A stretch of 64,000 bases of DNA from Chrysomallon squamiferum (GCA_012295275.1 CM022671.1:30008001-30072000), one strand, 5' to 3'. Positions 27,784 to 43,284 are shown, counted from the stretch's first letter. A program made the numbers and translations. The notes: a model not told the origin generated them from the letters alone.

Positions 27784-29559
27784 TATTAGTTTTGTGTCCC
27801 GTCCGCAACTGTTTGTTGAAGACACTTGGTGAGAGCAGATCGGGTGACAGAAATGTCCTACAGAGATAAGAATGGTCTTGTGTCTCCGGTTATTCAGCCT
27901 TGGTGTAGCGTGTGTGGTCCAGTTCTGCCTCGCCTGGTGACATTAGCGTAAAGATGTCGTATTAAAACCCACCTGACTGCCTTCACTACGTCCTAAAAGA
28001 CGGGTGGAGCAAGCCAAACACAGCACAGATTGTCAGTGTGTTCAGGAGGGTTGACTGATGTTATGAAATGAAGGATTTTTTTCTTCAAATAATATTGTTT
28101 TTATTCTGAATGTATGAAAAACAGCATAATTCAGAAATTTAGATGATAAGTTTACTTCTTGTTGCAGTTTATGTTGATTCAGTTGTTGTTATGATTGTTT
28201 CAGTTGCTGTTATTGTTGTTGTTGTTGTTGTTGTTGTAACTGTAGAAGTTGTTCTCCTTTCCTTCTATTATATCGTAATATTATTGCTCTTATTCTTTCT
28301 GTCAAAGTTTTATTTTATTTGAAAAATCATTTTATCGTAATTCTGCATTCTCTTCAGTTTATTACAATAATTTCACACCATTCTGGAAAGAATACATAAA
28401 ACATGACTTTTTATTACTGCCAGAATAAATGCAAAAATAAATTTAATTAGAAAAATGAGCAAATATTTTCATTTGTTCTGTTTGAAATTAAGATATCAAA
28501 TCAAAACTCAAAAATGATAATTCATGTGCGATATAAACAACTTTTAAACTTTTTAGAAATAACTGAGGACTCACTGGAATGAGTATATCTCAAAAAGATT
28601 CAATGAAGAATGAAGAAAAAAGCACACGAGAGTCAAACACAAACACACATACCTCTCACACACCTATGCAAATGAAAACGTGAACAGTTTAAGAATGAAG
28701 AAAAGACGATATTTACTATCACAGATATTGCCAGATATAACCATACCAGAACCATATTGATATTTGGATTAGTTCAGATATTGATCTCTGTAACAAAATG
28801 TTAAAAATGAAAAATAAGTAAGAACAGCTGCACAATAACATATGCTGTGTTCTTTAACAATGTCGTAGCAAATAATATTATAAAGGATGACGTACAATAT
28901 AAGACAGAAAAAGTATAACAGATGCTACGACGGCAGCTTTCTTTTCTTTCATTGGTCGTAAGAGTTATTTCAGAGTGTAAGCTACGATTTTCATTCAGCT
29001 TTTTGTAATTGAGATTTCTTGAGTTGCGTTTTATTTCTCAATGAAAGTGAATTTAAGCCTTCGGTTTTTTTTTTAGGTGGAGACAAATTTTAGAAAGTTT
29101 CAGATAATATTTCAAAGCTGTCTCTTGTTTGTACAACGTCTGTCGTCAGAATTCTACCCAAGAGTGGAATCCAAGTGTGAATGAACAATACTGCATCACT
29201 GTTAAGAACGAAAACTCTATTCTTGTCATTAATCGACAAGCTCTGATGATATTTTTCTTTCTCCAATGTCATCTTTTTTTCTTTTTAGTTTCCTTCTTGT
29301 CATTTTCGTTTAGTATCAACGTGATAAGTTATCTATTTTCATACATTCGTTCATTCAATCACTCATTCATTCATACATTCATCGTTTTTATATCTCCTTC
29401 TCTCTATTCGTTTTTCTTCTTCTTCTTCTATTTTGTTTCGTCTTCTGTTTCCTCTTTGCGATCTTGTTTCCATCGCTTATTATTTTTTGTCCTCCATTCT
29501 CTTATTTGTTCGCATGCTATGAGATGTTTTAATTTATATTATTCTTGTACACGTATCAC

Positions 29560-30200
29560 AACAAATCACGGTGTATTTGTCTTGTAAACACTCCTGTGAG
29601 CGACACAATAAACCTCCGCTCATTTGCCCCATGGTTGCGCAATGAAACTGTATCGGTAATTATACACCTCGACAAACAATCAACAAAGTATGCGTCCTTT
29701 ACAACCGAATGCCCTTCGTGAACTGGTTTCTCCTTTGATGTCACCTCTCCGTTACCTCTGGCTGTAGTGGTGTGTTTCAGACTCCGCTCTGTCGTCGTGT
29801 TCGAATTACCAAAACGGTGTCGCACCTGTTGATGCTGGAAGTGTCGCCAACGCCGTCCACTACGGGCAATCAACGGCGATTAATCCGTGCGTCATTCTAC
29901 ACTGAAATGTGCGCTGTAACGCAATGCGTCCCATTCATGTTTCATTAACTTTAACGTGCGCGCGTCATATCGAAAACAACAGCGTGCTGCACAGTACCCG
30001 CATATCTGCGGCGATACGGCCGAGGTGCGGTCACGTGACGAGTCGTTAATGCGGAATTTCTTAATGCGTTTTTCATTGTTGAAATTCGATAGCTGAAAAA
30101 TGTTAATGGACGAGGGATGATGGCCAACAGGTGTCGTTGATGCTGCTGTCACAGATCGTTCACGTTACCGTAACGTGGTCACACGACTCTTCCACCTGGT
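29560..30200. promoter_or_regulatory. CpG-rich intronic island; candidate enhancer
   Basis: About 640 bp of GC-elevated unique sequence containing CCTTTGATG (TCF-type, 29732), CACCTG E-boxes and GTCACGTGAC (~30030). Confidence 0.4.
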
Positions 30201-30214
30201 TAATGAATTGATTG

Positions 30215-30248
<34 letters not shown>

Positions 30249-30758
30249 CATCTGAATAACTAGAATTGTGAGAAACATCGAAAATGAAAGTTCTTTTTTA
30301 AAAATATTTAGGTCTCAGTTCGTAAAATCGATATCACTTAAATATTTCCGTAATATATCACTTTGCAGTACTATTTCATATCATTACCTGTCGACTTCGT
30401 CTTAGTTCTTTTTTAACACACACACATATATATATATATTTAAAGTATTACCTATATTTTTCTAATTATATCAGTTTGCGAAAACTTTATATTGTTCTTC
30501 ATCATCTTAAGATTCCATTTCTTAATTTAATTTTTTTTTTTTTATATTAATCCCTTTCTCAAATATGTAATTGCTCTATATTAGCTAATTTCTCAGGCTG
30601 TAATATTCTTATGTATTATATGGTCTATATTTTCTGAAGTTTTTTAGTTATTAATTATTTTCACAGTGCATTTCACCTTAAAATCTTATCTGTCTCTATA
30701 GAATTTTTGCATTATACTCCAGTATTAAATAACAGTATCTATAAAGTGTAAATGAATA

Positions 30759-30760
<2 letters not shown>

Positions 30761-30852
<92 letters not shown>
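30761..30852. repeat. (TC)n microsatellite
   Basis: Read directly from the sequence. Confidence 0.97.
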
Positions 30853-30855
<3 letters not shown>

Positions 30856-31749
30856 CTCTGTGCGTTTATATATATATTTTTTAAAAGTTCGAGAAATCCC
30901 TAGATTAACCAAGATTATTTGAATTTTTAATAAGAACGGAAATAAGCGGTACTGAATTATACAAACGGGGTTACACCACACCATAATTTCCTGCAACTGT
31001 CAGCGCCCATTTACAGTTTGACAATAATGAATAGCAGTTGCACAGAACGCAGTTATATTGTAAATCATCGGCGATGACCCCACACGATAATACTGATACC
31101 TTCTTTCAAATGAAACAAACGACGGTACGACGATTATTAACTGCTACGTTATTTTAGCCCAGGTTCAAAAGTTCAGACGCAATTCTGCGGCAGTCAAAAC
31201 GTCCCTAGTGTCTTGACCGCAAACCGTGTTTTAAGGACGGTTGTCAATGACTTAAAACAGATCAAAGATGACCGCATTTGTCCGCTCGTAATTTAAACTG
31301 CACCGCAAGCCTTTGAAGTGGCAATAGGTAAATTTTTTCTCAGGTGCAAACTTTTCATTAAAGTACATTTTTTTTTGTGTGTGTTTTTTTGTTTGTTTGT
31401 TTAAACGTGGATTCCTGGCCAAGACTGTAACTTTTCAGGAAAGATTGTGGAACATTTTAATTATGATTAGGATTAATTAGAGACTGTGTTGTAAATTGGG
31501 GGCATTTATAATGAGTAAATGTTGAAATCGCAGTAATTATTATGCGTTTTAAAGTTAATTGTTTGTGACAGGCGGTTTCCATAAATTGAAAAGCAAGGAA
31601 AAGGATTTTTTTATTCATCAAAGACCTCCACTAACATTTTAATCAAAGTTTATGTGTGTACGTACGTACGCATGTGTTTGTACGCATGCAAAAATGAACA
31701 TGCATTACTGGACATGTACGAAGATTCCCGAAATACACGGTATATTTTT

Positions 31750-31780
<31 letters not shown>

Positions 31781-31929
31781 ATTTATAAAAAAAATTTTTT
31801 TTTTTTTACGAAACGACGTTTCTAGGAATATGTGTGGTCGAGAAACTCACTGAATCTAGTTTCAGTTCGCACGAACTCTACCATATCCCTTTTCTGAAGC
31901 TTTAGCATAAAGAAGTAATAATTTTTTAA

Positions 31930-32400
31930 CACGTCGGTCACAAACACATAAACAAGTTATATTAGTCAAAGGTACCGCCGCCTGTAAGAGTGTGCTGGGC
32001 GGGGCGAAAGTGTACGTTTGCAGTCGCTGCGATAATAACGTTAGTGCAGCTGAATTGAAAGGCACCGCGGATAATGAATCGGGAACAGTCGGCCGAGTGG
32101 CGGTCTTTTCAAACTCGTCTGAATGGCCTTTGAAAGAGCGGAGCCCCGCTCTCCGGGCTGCCATGTGACACTACAAGAGAGCTTTCTTGGCCATTGTGGA
32201 AAGCACAAAAGTTTGACGGCTTAATAAAGTGGCCCAAACACTTGGTGGAGAATGGCGTATTCTCGACTCGAATATCAGCCTCTTCCAAGACTTGACATTG
32301 GGCGCTGCGCGTTTGAAAACCGCTAATGAAATACGCAAACAGAGAAATAAAAGTCAGACTGCGGTTGTGAAAGAGCCATTGGCCTGTAGATCCATTTAAG
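31930..32400. promoter_or_regulatory. GC-rich intronic island; candidate enhancer or internal promoter
   Basis: Contains a GC box GGGCGGGGC (~31996), CCTTTGAA (~32127), a Sox-like CATTGT and many CpGs. It is bounded by T-runs. Confidence 0.35.
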
Positions 32401-33576
32401 TCAGCATTCCTTGTTCATTCCTTTTCTTTCTTTCTTTTTTTTTTTTTTTTTTTTTTTTCTTCTATATTATTTTTTTATTATTTATTTTTTTCATTGAAGG
32501 TTTTATTATTTATTTATTTTAAAATATAAAAGTGTTCTTTTTGTGACACTTAGCGGAGACGTTATTTTCATTTTCGTTTGACTTGCAGTTTGATATATTC
32601 TCGTCCAAGCTGCAGCTTATTGTCTCGTGGTAAAGGAAAGGAAAGGATTACTGTGATTGTTTTATGGTGCAGATTGTATAATTATCTGAAGAATGGTCTA
32701 ATCAAATATTAAAACCGATTGATGTGAATGAACCTCTGTATATTAAGCGTATTTGGTTGTATATATATTTACTATGTACATTTATATGTATGTGTGTGAG
32801 TGTTCTTATATACGAAAGCTTGTTTGCACGTATGAATATAGCTATATGTATGTATGATGCATATATGCACGTGTGTGCGTGTTTTCATATGTGTGTACGT
32901 ATGTATGCACATTTATTTATTCATTTCTTTCTTTCTCTATTGCTTTATTTTATTATGGACATATTATGTATGTTCTATCAATTAAAACATGTATTGATGA
33001 TTCCTAACGTTATGAATATTTTTACAAAGACAATTTTTTACGTGTAGAAAAGAAAAACCTACAGGTATGTCAATCCCATCATCTCAGTCATGTCACCCCA
33101 CAGTAAATTCCCTGCGTATTTATTTTCAGGAGAAAACAAAACAGAACAAAAATTCCAAAAATATTTGAACTTTCTCATTGTGGGAAAAGAACCCGATACC
33201 CATGACTTATGAATCTGTTAACATGTGCGTATCCTTCAGTGCGTGTTACATATTTACAGGTGAGGACAGGTGCAATCTGATAAGAAGATTATGTAGTAAA
33301 TTGGCTTTTGCTTTCAGATTTTTTTTTTCTTTTTCAAAACTGTCAAACAGCATACACATCGCTTTGAAATTTCGAACTGTATCAAATTCTCGTTGTTGTG
33401 TAGTTGACAAAGGGACCTAACCCGTGCCAAAACACTGCACGATTATATGGCTGCTAAAATACAACATGGATGTTGAATTATTGCTAATACACACGTAGCG
33501 CTCTGTTGTTTTCGAATATCTGACACACCTGACAAATCTTTTGTTCTTTCTGTTTATATATATAGATGCACATACA

Positions 33577-33623
<47 letters not shown>

Positions 33624-34731
33624 ATATATACAAACACATTTGTTTCACTTACAAGTCATTGTTACTGTTACGTGTGATGTCTATTTTAAAGAAATAAATT
33701 CTGTACAATTCGTGCATTGAAAAAGCATACAAACACACTCACGTGCACATCCATATATACACACCGCAGTCTAACGACACTGAAAAACCAAACTAACTAA
33801 ATGAGAAATTTTACTTGGTCCGAAAATAAATTTTAAATAAAATAAAATAAGAAAATAATTTCGTATGTTAGTTGTAGGGAGAAAACAAATCTTTCTTAGA
33901 ACAAGTTCAAACGACACACGTTTGTATAAGAAAAATAAAAAAAATAAATAAAAAATGTTCACGAGGCAAAGAAACGCAGTGAACCAAGTTCCATCTGAAT
34001 CGTATTTCAAAACATCCAGCAGAATTTAGTTTTTCATTTATTAGCACTTCGACTTAAAACCTGCATTATCAGAAATATTTACTGTTTATTTCTGCATGTT
34101 AATCTCAGATACCTGAACATTTAACCATTCGAAATATGACTTTGTTATTTGGCAATTATTTCAAAGTCGTCTTAAAAGCATACTAATGGTTAATTACAAC
34201 TAATAACTACAGGAAATTGCATCTAAAAATGCATGCGTGCACATAATAGAATTTGGCTTATTGCGCATACAAAATTATCAGAAGAGTATTTAAAATTATA
34301 TAAAATATATATTTTTTTTACCATAAGTACAAATCACTTTTGATCTCGACAAATGGGAACATCCTACAGCTTTGAGAAAAGTAAAAAGCGCCAAAAAATA
34401 AATCCTTTTTATCCGTTGAAATTTCGTACCTTTGTTGTTATGCATGAAAATACTTGTTTCCTGCAGTTTTCCAATTAAGTAATTGAACAGTTATTGTGGA
34501 TTAAACACTTCTTGGCTAGGACTGAGTTTCTGGAATCTTCGGTGGAGGTAAGCAGGTTTGAATCTGGTTTACTGATTTATTGATTTTGGCTGTTCGCTAA
34601 AAGTGTATTAGTGTTAGTGTCCAATGTCGAGTTTCAAACGTCCCTTTCAATAAGCAGTGTAAATCTGGAAACAGTTCGGATCTTTCGTTACCGTGTGGTC
34701 GAAGATATTTCTCTTTTGAAAAAGAGTCAAA

Positions 34732-34772
<41 letters not shown>

Positions 34773-34786
34773 ATAATAATAATAAT

Positions 34787-34819
<33 letters not shown>

Positions 34820-36750
34820 AATAATAATAATAATAATAAATTGTTGCTTTTTTCACTGTTGTTCTTGTCATTAATTGTTTTCTCTGTAAACGTTATATAT
34901 GTATGAATGTTTTCATATTTACGTGCATGAATGTACGTATGGATGGATATATGTAAATAAGTTTATCAACGTATGTAGGTGTGTTATTAAATGTATGAAA
35001 TGATAATTAAACACCCACACACGTACACACACATATATATAAATCTATCTCAGTGTGTATGTTTGTGTGTGTGGGTACTAACATATTACTTACACCTCAA
35101 AGTGTTTAAAATCACTTCACACGATTATATAAACAGTTCGGGGAGAGATAGCTGACCACACAGAAGGCAAGACTACGGCAGCGTGTCTTCTTCCTCTGTT
35201 TATAACATTGACCTTTTGACGTCATTGTCAAAAATGACTGACGTCTGTTGACTTTGTAAAATTACTTCTGCTCCTCGCTGTTTACTGTCCAGAATTAGCT
35301 ACTGCAGTGATTAAACAGACCGGGGTCAATGGGTTAGACAAGCGATTTTAGGAATCAATGGATTTTTGCGTTTCTCATTTATTATCTGCGGACAGATAGT
35401 GGAAAGCTGGCACTTGGGTTCAAACCCATGTCTGTCACTCTGGTGGAAATTCTGTCTGTTTCGTTTATTAATCAGATAATAAAATGACGTGGATAAATCA
35501 AGAAATGCTTCACGTTTAATTAATGCCTGTCATAAACGGGGTTAGGTTTTTTGATTTGAGACGCTCAACTTTTGAAAGAAATGGGTTACATTACTGAGTC
35601 TTCTATCCCGCTTGAATAAACGTTGTTTCTTACTTTCTTTCATTCTTTTTTTCTTTTGTTTGTTTGTTATTTTGTTTGTGGTATTTTTTTAAGTTTGTTT
35701 GTTCTCATCGTGTATTTAATAACTTACGTTGCTCTAGTTTTATACATAAGCAGACTCAGTCTCTCTTTATCCTTCTGTCTAAACAATAGTTCATCCATCT
35801 ATTATCTGTCTGTCAGTCTGTCTATCTATCTATCCATCCATCCATCCATTCATCTTTCTGTCTTTCTTTCTATCTGTCTGGCTCTGTTTCTAATTTTATC
35901 TATCTGTCTGTCTATCTATCGATCTATCTATTTATCTATCAGTCTATCTATCTATCCATTCATCCATCTCTCTGTCTGTCATTTTTTTTTATCTGTCTAT
36001 CTCTCTCTCTCTCTGGAAAAACAAACAATCCATTATCCAGTTTCGATTACCTAAAAGCAACGGACATTTCATCCGTGAATTAATTGCAGTTTTGCATGAC
36101 AGAGTGTGATATAACACATATTTAGATTTAACTCGTTTTCAAGCTTGGATTAAACCGGATTTGTTCGAATGAGTAAGCAACACTAAAGTCAACAGATTCC
36201 CTGTCCGCGAAGTACTTTGATCCTACATTCGTGTTACAGCGAGCTCCAACCCGCGTCTCGGAGAACTAACGTGAGAAGGAAACGGTTCCTCTTGATTATA
36301 TCTTTCGATGATTCCTCGATTGCTGTGAGGGCAAGTTAAACAGTATTAAGTTTGAACAGATGATGCACATGTATTTGTATAATGTGTGTATATGTATGTG
36401 TATGTGTGAATGAGCCTGAGTGTGTCTGTGTATGAATAAATATAGACATAGATATTCAAATATACATATATTTTATTATCGGTTATCATAATTCGAAAAC
36501 GCACACATACACGTACAAGCATGCACACGTAAATACGTATTACGAACATATGTGACACACACATACACAAATAAATACATCCACACATGCACACGCGTAC
36601 ATACATACACGACATACACATAAATACATATAGAATAACATACATATACATACGTATACAAATACACAAACTTAGACACTCACAGAGACCCACACATATA
36701 TACATACACATAAACACACTGACATACATACATACACATCCGCACACACC

Positions 36751-36781
<31 letters not shown>

Positions 36782-37049
36782 CTGGTGTCTCTCGTCTGTT
36801 TCAGTTATACGCTGAGCGTTCGCGGCAGCGTCTTCTCCATCAACGACTGCGCTGAGTTTTGGCTCCCGTCTTGCGGCAAATTAGTTTCAACGTCAACCGG
36901 CCAAACGTCAGAGACGAAACCAGACGTATACCTCACACGTTCAAGCGCATCTGCGTTAAAGAGAATCTGTCAGTGGTTTTCTCGCGAAAACACGCGAGTT
37001 GCGCGCAGACCCAGTGAATAAAACAGTTACGTGTTTTCCAGTGTGGTGT

Positions 37050-37131
37050 ATAATAATAATAATAATAATAACAACAACAACAACAACAACAATAATAATA
37101 ACAATATTAAGATTCTTTCGAGCTATAAATA

Positions 37132-37165
<34 letters not shown>

Positions 37166-37292
37166 ATTATTATAAATACACGTATATATAGAAACATACA
37201 TACACACACACATACATACATACATACATACATACATACATACATACATACATACATACATACATACATACATACATACATACATACATACA
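37050..37292. repeat. (AAT)/(AAC)/(ATT) tracts followed by (TACA)~20
   Basis: Read directly from the sequence. Confidence 0.93.
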
Positions 37293-38628
37293 TCAGTCTT
37301 AATAACTGAAAAAGGCATTTGAACCAAAATACCTTAGAATTAAATCTCGAAAGATTCTTAGTGTTATTTTACACATCAGAAAATAAAGACGCTGTCAGCG
37401 GCGGGCGACATCAGACACCTGAACTCAGCGATCCAGCACCCAGCGTTCAGGACAGTCTAAAAAACGCGATCCGAGCCAACAAGATTTGTCATAAATGTGT
37501 CAAAACGATTAGCCGGGACTTTTTTCGCTTATTCTCTGTTTGAATACATTACACACTAGAGTCATTTATGTTGACTAAAGCGGCTCCTGTGTCTGACACA
37601 CAACAATGGGGTGATAACTCCGCGTTTAAAAGCAAATGCCTAATAACGTCGAAAATTCCTCCTTTATCTGATGAGCATCGCGTTCAGGGCAATAAAAATT
37701 CTAGGAGTTATTTACTCTCCAGCAGAGTTTGCTTGTCCATAAATGTAATGACCGAATTTTTTTTATTTTTTTTTTTTTTTAACAATAATGCAAGGAAAAA
37801 AAAAAAGAATGAAAAAAGAAAGATTCGTGATCAACATCATTTGTTGAGTGAAAAAGTACCGTAAAGTGCAGTTAGAAATGAAACACGATTAAATGAAATT
37901 ACGTTATACGTTGATTTGTTTCTTCTTTTCAAAACAGAGCTGCTATAGCAACATCTGTATCTTCGATCTTTTGAAAGGGTTGTTGATAACTCGAATACGG
38001 TTAAAATCGAATAATTGAAGTCCAGGGGAAAATTTGAAATAAAAAAAAAGACAGAAAACAAAATTAGATATCTTTTATCTTTTCTTTTTTGAATTAATTT
38101 GTTTAATTAATTTAATAGTTGTTGTTGCTATTGTTTTTGTTGTTGTTATTATTATTATTAGTAGTATTAGTATTAGCATTAAAAATATTATTATTATTAG
38201 TAGTAGTAGTAGTAGTATAATAGCAATACTGTTTTATTAATAATATGCCACCGACGATTTAGTATAAGCTGTGTGCTGCAGAACATTAAGTTTAAAAACA
38301 TCCTCGTACTTTCATCTGAAGTGCGCATCCTGCACGCTACGAATCTAAACTACGACAACGAGCGACTGCTGCAAGGGAGTCGAGTTCTCTCGGGAAGCCT
38401 CGTCACTCTTTGTTCTCTGTCTGCGGAGTGAAAGGTGAAGATTTCTGCAATTTCTCACACAACTTCGGTTACGCTCGCATTTCCAGAACCATTTCTGAAA
38501 TGTCTTTTGCGGAGCGTTCGAATTAGTTTCACCTGCGTTTCTTAATATTCAATAACCCAATACCTATTGGGAGGTCCTTGCCTAGTGAATGCTTTTTTTT
38601 TCTTTCTTTTTTTTTTTTTTACACCTTT

Positions 38629-38668
<40 letters not shown>

Positions 38669-40488
38669 GAACGAAATGGCTGAGGTTTTTCTAATTATAA
38701 ACTTCAATTAAGTCTTTACAGCGCGATCTCCACATTGGAGCGTTTACAGAATTCAAAGAGCGCGGTTAAACCGAGGACGTCTTTCTCCTTTCTGACATGC
38801 AGTCTACTCGGTTGACCCAGGAGTTTTCAATGAACGGATTTATATGAAAACACGTTCCGTATATTGGTTTCTTTTTACACGAGCGCGCAGTCGATCTAAT
38901 AATTTGCTTTAGCTCTTTTTCTTTCTTTTCTTAACTATGCAAAAAGTTTCAAAAAAGCCCTTGCAAGTCAATTGATATAACATTCCGCCACCATACGGAT
39001 TTCCAGATGAACCGTAACACTTCGTGAATCATTTCACGTCACTTTTCAAATGTTCGCCGTGTCAGAATGCAAACCGAAATTATTAACCTGGGATTTGTTA
39101 AAGTAAAAAAAAAAAAAAAAAAAGCGAAAGGAAATAAAGCTTAACGTCTTTATATGATACTATTAAAATGCGTCATCCCTTTCACACATTTCCCGTTCTG
39201 GTTTGAATCTCACGACTGATTTGTGTGAAAAAAAAACAACGAAATAATAATATTTCCTGTTTATGAGAAGATCATTATGTAACATTCCTTACTTCTTGTT
39301 GAGAAAAAGTTGGCCAGTTTCCTCTATTATATTATCATTACACAACTATTTAATATGACATCTAATAGCAAAATATTTTAATAAAGTAAATTTTCGTTCA
39401 TTCACAGTTAAGTCAGTATAGCACGTTAGAGCATTGCAGCAACGCTACGAAAACAGTTTCAATAGATACATTATTACGTTGTCTAATATGAAATGGATCT
39501 AGAGTCCTGGTAACTGTTTCACCCAGGCTGTCTGAAATGTTTTCTGATTCACAGGTGTATTCAGGATTTTTACTGGGGGTGGATGCAAAGCACACAGTAT
39601 TCTATTTTGCATAAGCAATTCCGATTTGTGAATGTAACCGTAAATTATATATGTATATAAATATATAGAAGTCATTTCTGGTTGCATTCACATATGTATA
39701 TGTATACAATATTGTCGGTGCACTCAGATGTTGAAAGCCAGTCGATGTGTGATAATGATAACATATTTGTCGGTGACATATTCAAGAGTAGGGTGTTAAT
39801 TATTCCGAGGCAGGTGCAACTGGGTAGGAGATTGCATCCTCTCCCCTCATTATAAATACGTCAGAGTTACGAGATGAGGAAGTCACCGCAATAGACTTTA
39901 AATATTAAATGATGCATTACTTCTCAGACAAAAACATTAAATGCGTATATAAAGTCAAGTATTTGACATACTATTTCACAATCTTTTTTTTATAATTATT
40001 TTTTTCTCTGAATTTGATGCATTACTTTGCATACAGAATATTTTTTTATATATGCATGCATTTGATATATTATTTTTCAGATAAAAAATTTTGAAAGATA
40101 AAATAATAATAATAACAATAATAATAATAATAATGATGATAATAATAATGATAATAATAATAATAATGAAGATAATGATAATAATGATAATAATAATCTG
40201 TTGATGTTAGACGTATTGAGTCGCTTTCCAAACGTAAAATGAAATCATTTTGATAGATGTTTATAGATGTTTATGACGTAAAGGTGCTAGATCGCAAGTG
40301 TCAAACTGTCGGAAAGACTTTATTTATATACAGCTCATGTACTTTGACTTGCCTTTGAAGTTTAATATTTCTGTTTTAATTTGTGACAGACTGACAGACT
40401 CATGTTACCACCTGTAACAGGCACGATTAAAACGTGTTTTTTTCTTCTTTCTTTCTACTTTTTTATTTATTTATTTATTTATTTATTT

Positions 40489-40529
<41 letters not shown>

Positions 40530-40649
40530 TATTATTTATTATTTATTTATTTATGTTGTTTTTAAAAAATTTATTTAAATTATTATTTTTGCACTTAAAT
40601 CTGATGCAAAATCAGAAACAATTTTCAAAACTTTGTAATCTCTAGGAGT

Positions 40650-40830
40650 CTGTACGAATTTAAAATGAGTATTTTTATCTCTTAGTTTTAGTATGGATTT
40701 AAAGTGAGTATTGTAATACGTTTACACAGATTTAAACTAAATACTGAAGTAATATCTAATTACATTTAAAACGTGTATTGTAAAACTTAGTGATCATACA
40801 GATTCAATGCATGCATCACAACATTTTACA
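40650..40830. repeat. Degenerate ~35-39 bp tandem repeat, about 5 copies
   Basis: A GATTTAAA-n-TGAGTATTG-like motif occurs at ~40656, 40695, 40728, 40762 and 40800. Confidence 0.5.
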
Positions 40831-41460
40831 TTCAGATACGTACTGTATATACCCCACACTGAGATAACTTTAACTATGCGAAGAAATATATATTCAAAGC
40901 AGGTACTGTGTAATATATTCGATTCAGTATAAACATAAACATAATACCTTACAATGTTCAGTGAGTATTAAAAGCATCACACAGATACAAGCATGTATAT
41001 CACTGTTAGTCTGATGTATGTGCGCATTATGAAGGCAATTAGCGGATCGTGCTCAGGCCTATTTGTCCAGTGTATAATAAATAAACTTTAAACTTAAAAT
41101 AACTTGCGACAGATATCCTCTGTGGTGTGTATACGTTGATTTACTTCGGTAAGCTGTGTATTCTTTCATCATAGTTCATTCAGATCTGAAAAGAGAGAGA
41201 GACGTAGTAATCATTTCTCTTAACAGCGCCCTTTTAACCTTATTGCCGTACCACCCAAAGCCACGCGATTAGTTTGCATCATCTTTGTATGTAACGTGTG
41301 CATGCGTGTATTCCTGTCTGTCCGTATGTTTGTCTTTGTGTGTCTGCACGTCTCTGTGTATGTGTATGTAAGTATGTATACAAGTATGTATTTTTGTATG
41401 TCTGCATGTATGTATGTGTGTGTATATGTATGTGTTTGTATGTATGTATGTATGTATGTA

Positions 41461-41520
41461 TCTATGTATATACGGTTATGTAGGTGTGTATCTATGTATA
41501 TACGGTTATGTAGGTGTGTA
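41461..41520. repeat. Perfect 30-bp tandem duplication within a TATG-rich tract
   Basis: tctatgtatatacggttatgtaggtgtgta x2. Confidence 0.95.
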
Positions 41521-43143
41521 TATATGTGGCTTGTATCAAAAGTGTGTTTTGGGGCTACATGTTTTAAGATATCAGCTGTTTTGCTGCATTCAGTTTACCT
41601 TCTGTTACACAGCACAGCTTTATCGTCCGACTGATCGCAGTAAATGTCAGTAAAACTCAAGATTCTAAACGCTGTTTACGTTAGCATCAAGATAAATCAT
41701 AAATTTCTACAAATGAGCACCCAGCTTCATCACGAAAAACAACAAATGAACATATATGTGATATAACATTTTTGTTTTTAAATCTGAGGGTTTGTTCCCC
41801 TCAGTTTAAAAGCAGTAAATCTATCTGACAGTTTGATCAGTGAGTCAATTAAAACATCTTTTCTATGTATTTCTTCCAAAAATGCTTTTATGAAATTTTT
41901 ATATTCACCACAAGATCTGTCAGATTGAGTGTGAGGTCTGGACGTAATCTTTTATCAGGAACAAAGTAAGAAAAAAACAAACAAACAAACAAACGGTATA
42001 AACAACACCTTTTTTTTTTTTTTTTTTCGGGCTGGGGACGGGACAGGAAGGACTGCTCGCTGGGAAGGCGCAGATGCTCACGTAACTCTACCCCTAAGAT
42101 TCGACAAATCTGATCAGGGACAAACCACGCGTTCATAACAAGCGACTGGAATCTTTGAAGTCGTAAATGCTGTCCCTTTTATGCCGATAAGTGGTGCGGA
42201 ATACTTCTCAGTTCTGCTTGCTTATCGGGTGAATATCGTACAGATGGGCTGCTTGTAGCGGCTGCAATTCGCGGCGGCTTTTCATTGTGCAAACTGAACA
42301 ACGTCGTGTCTTATCTTCACGCAGCTGAACCAGCCGATCGTTTTTACGTAGTAAGAGAGATAACTCTAAATACGAACCGAATTTTATTCTGATGTTTTTT
42401 TTTTTTTTTTTTTTTTTTTTAACTGTTCGAGGTCAACCGGAAGTAATAAAATGCGATTCCATTTTCTTTTTTATTTAATTTTTTTTTTTTTTTTGTCTTT
42501 TTTTACCCTGGCGAATTAAATGTTTTTGTGTTCGGATTGTTTTGCTTTGCTTCAACAACCCCCTGCTGTTATAGCTCCGCAAAAAGGTTTAAAATAACCG
42601 TTATATTGAATATTCTGTTACCAGTTTCTTGCCTTTATTTTTTGATTTTCTTGACTCCCCAGTAAACAAACATAAAAAAGAAATTAAGACAGGTACCGAA
42701 GTGAGTGAATCTCTTTGTGACCGTAAGCATTTAACAGAAACAAACAATTTATTAAATAAACTACAAGTATAAAATGTCAGAAATAAGTAAATAAATAAAG
42801 AAAGAAAGAAAGAAAGAAAGAAAGAAAAAGAAACAAAGGATAAAAACAATAACTCTGGTCGCTTCTAATAGTGTTATATCTTGTTGCTTCGAGTAGAGTG
42901 AAAACCAAAAAGGTGTCGCTGATAATGGAGTGACTGTCAGAGAGAAACCAATTTTCTGTGTTGTACTAAATGATGTGTTGATTAAAAACTAGCTGCAATA
43001 TGTCTAATTCAGTCATTATTATTATGATGATAGGATTATTATTACTTTTATTATGACTTATTATTATTGTTGCTATTATTTCATAATCAAGTAATAGCAT
43101 TATCCTCATTATCATCAATATTTTTTTTTTACCACAATCACCA

Positions 43144-43284
<141 letters not shown>

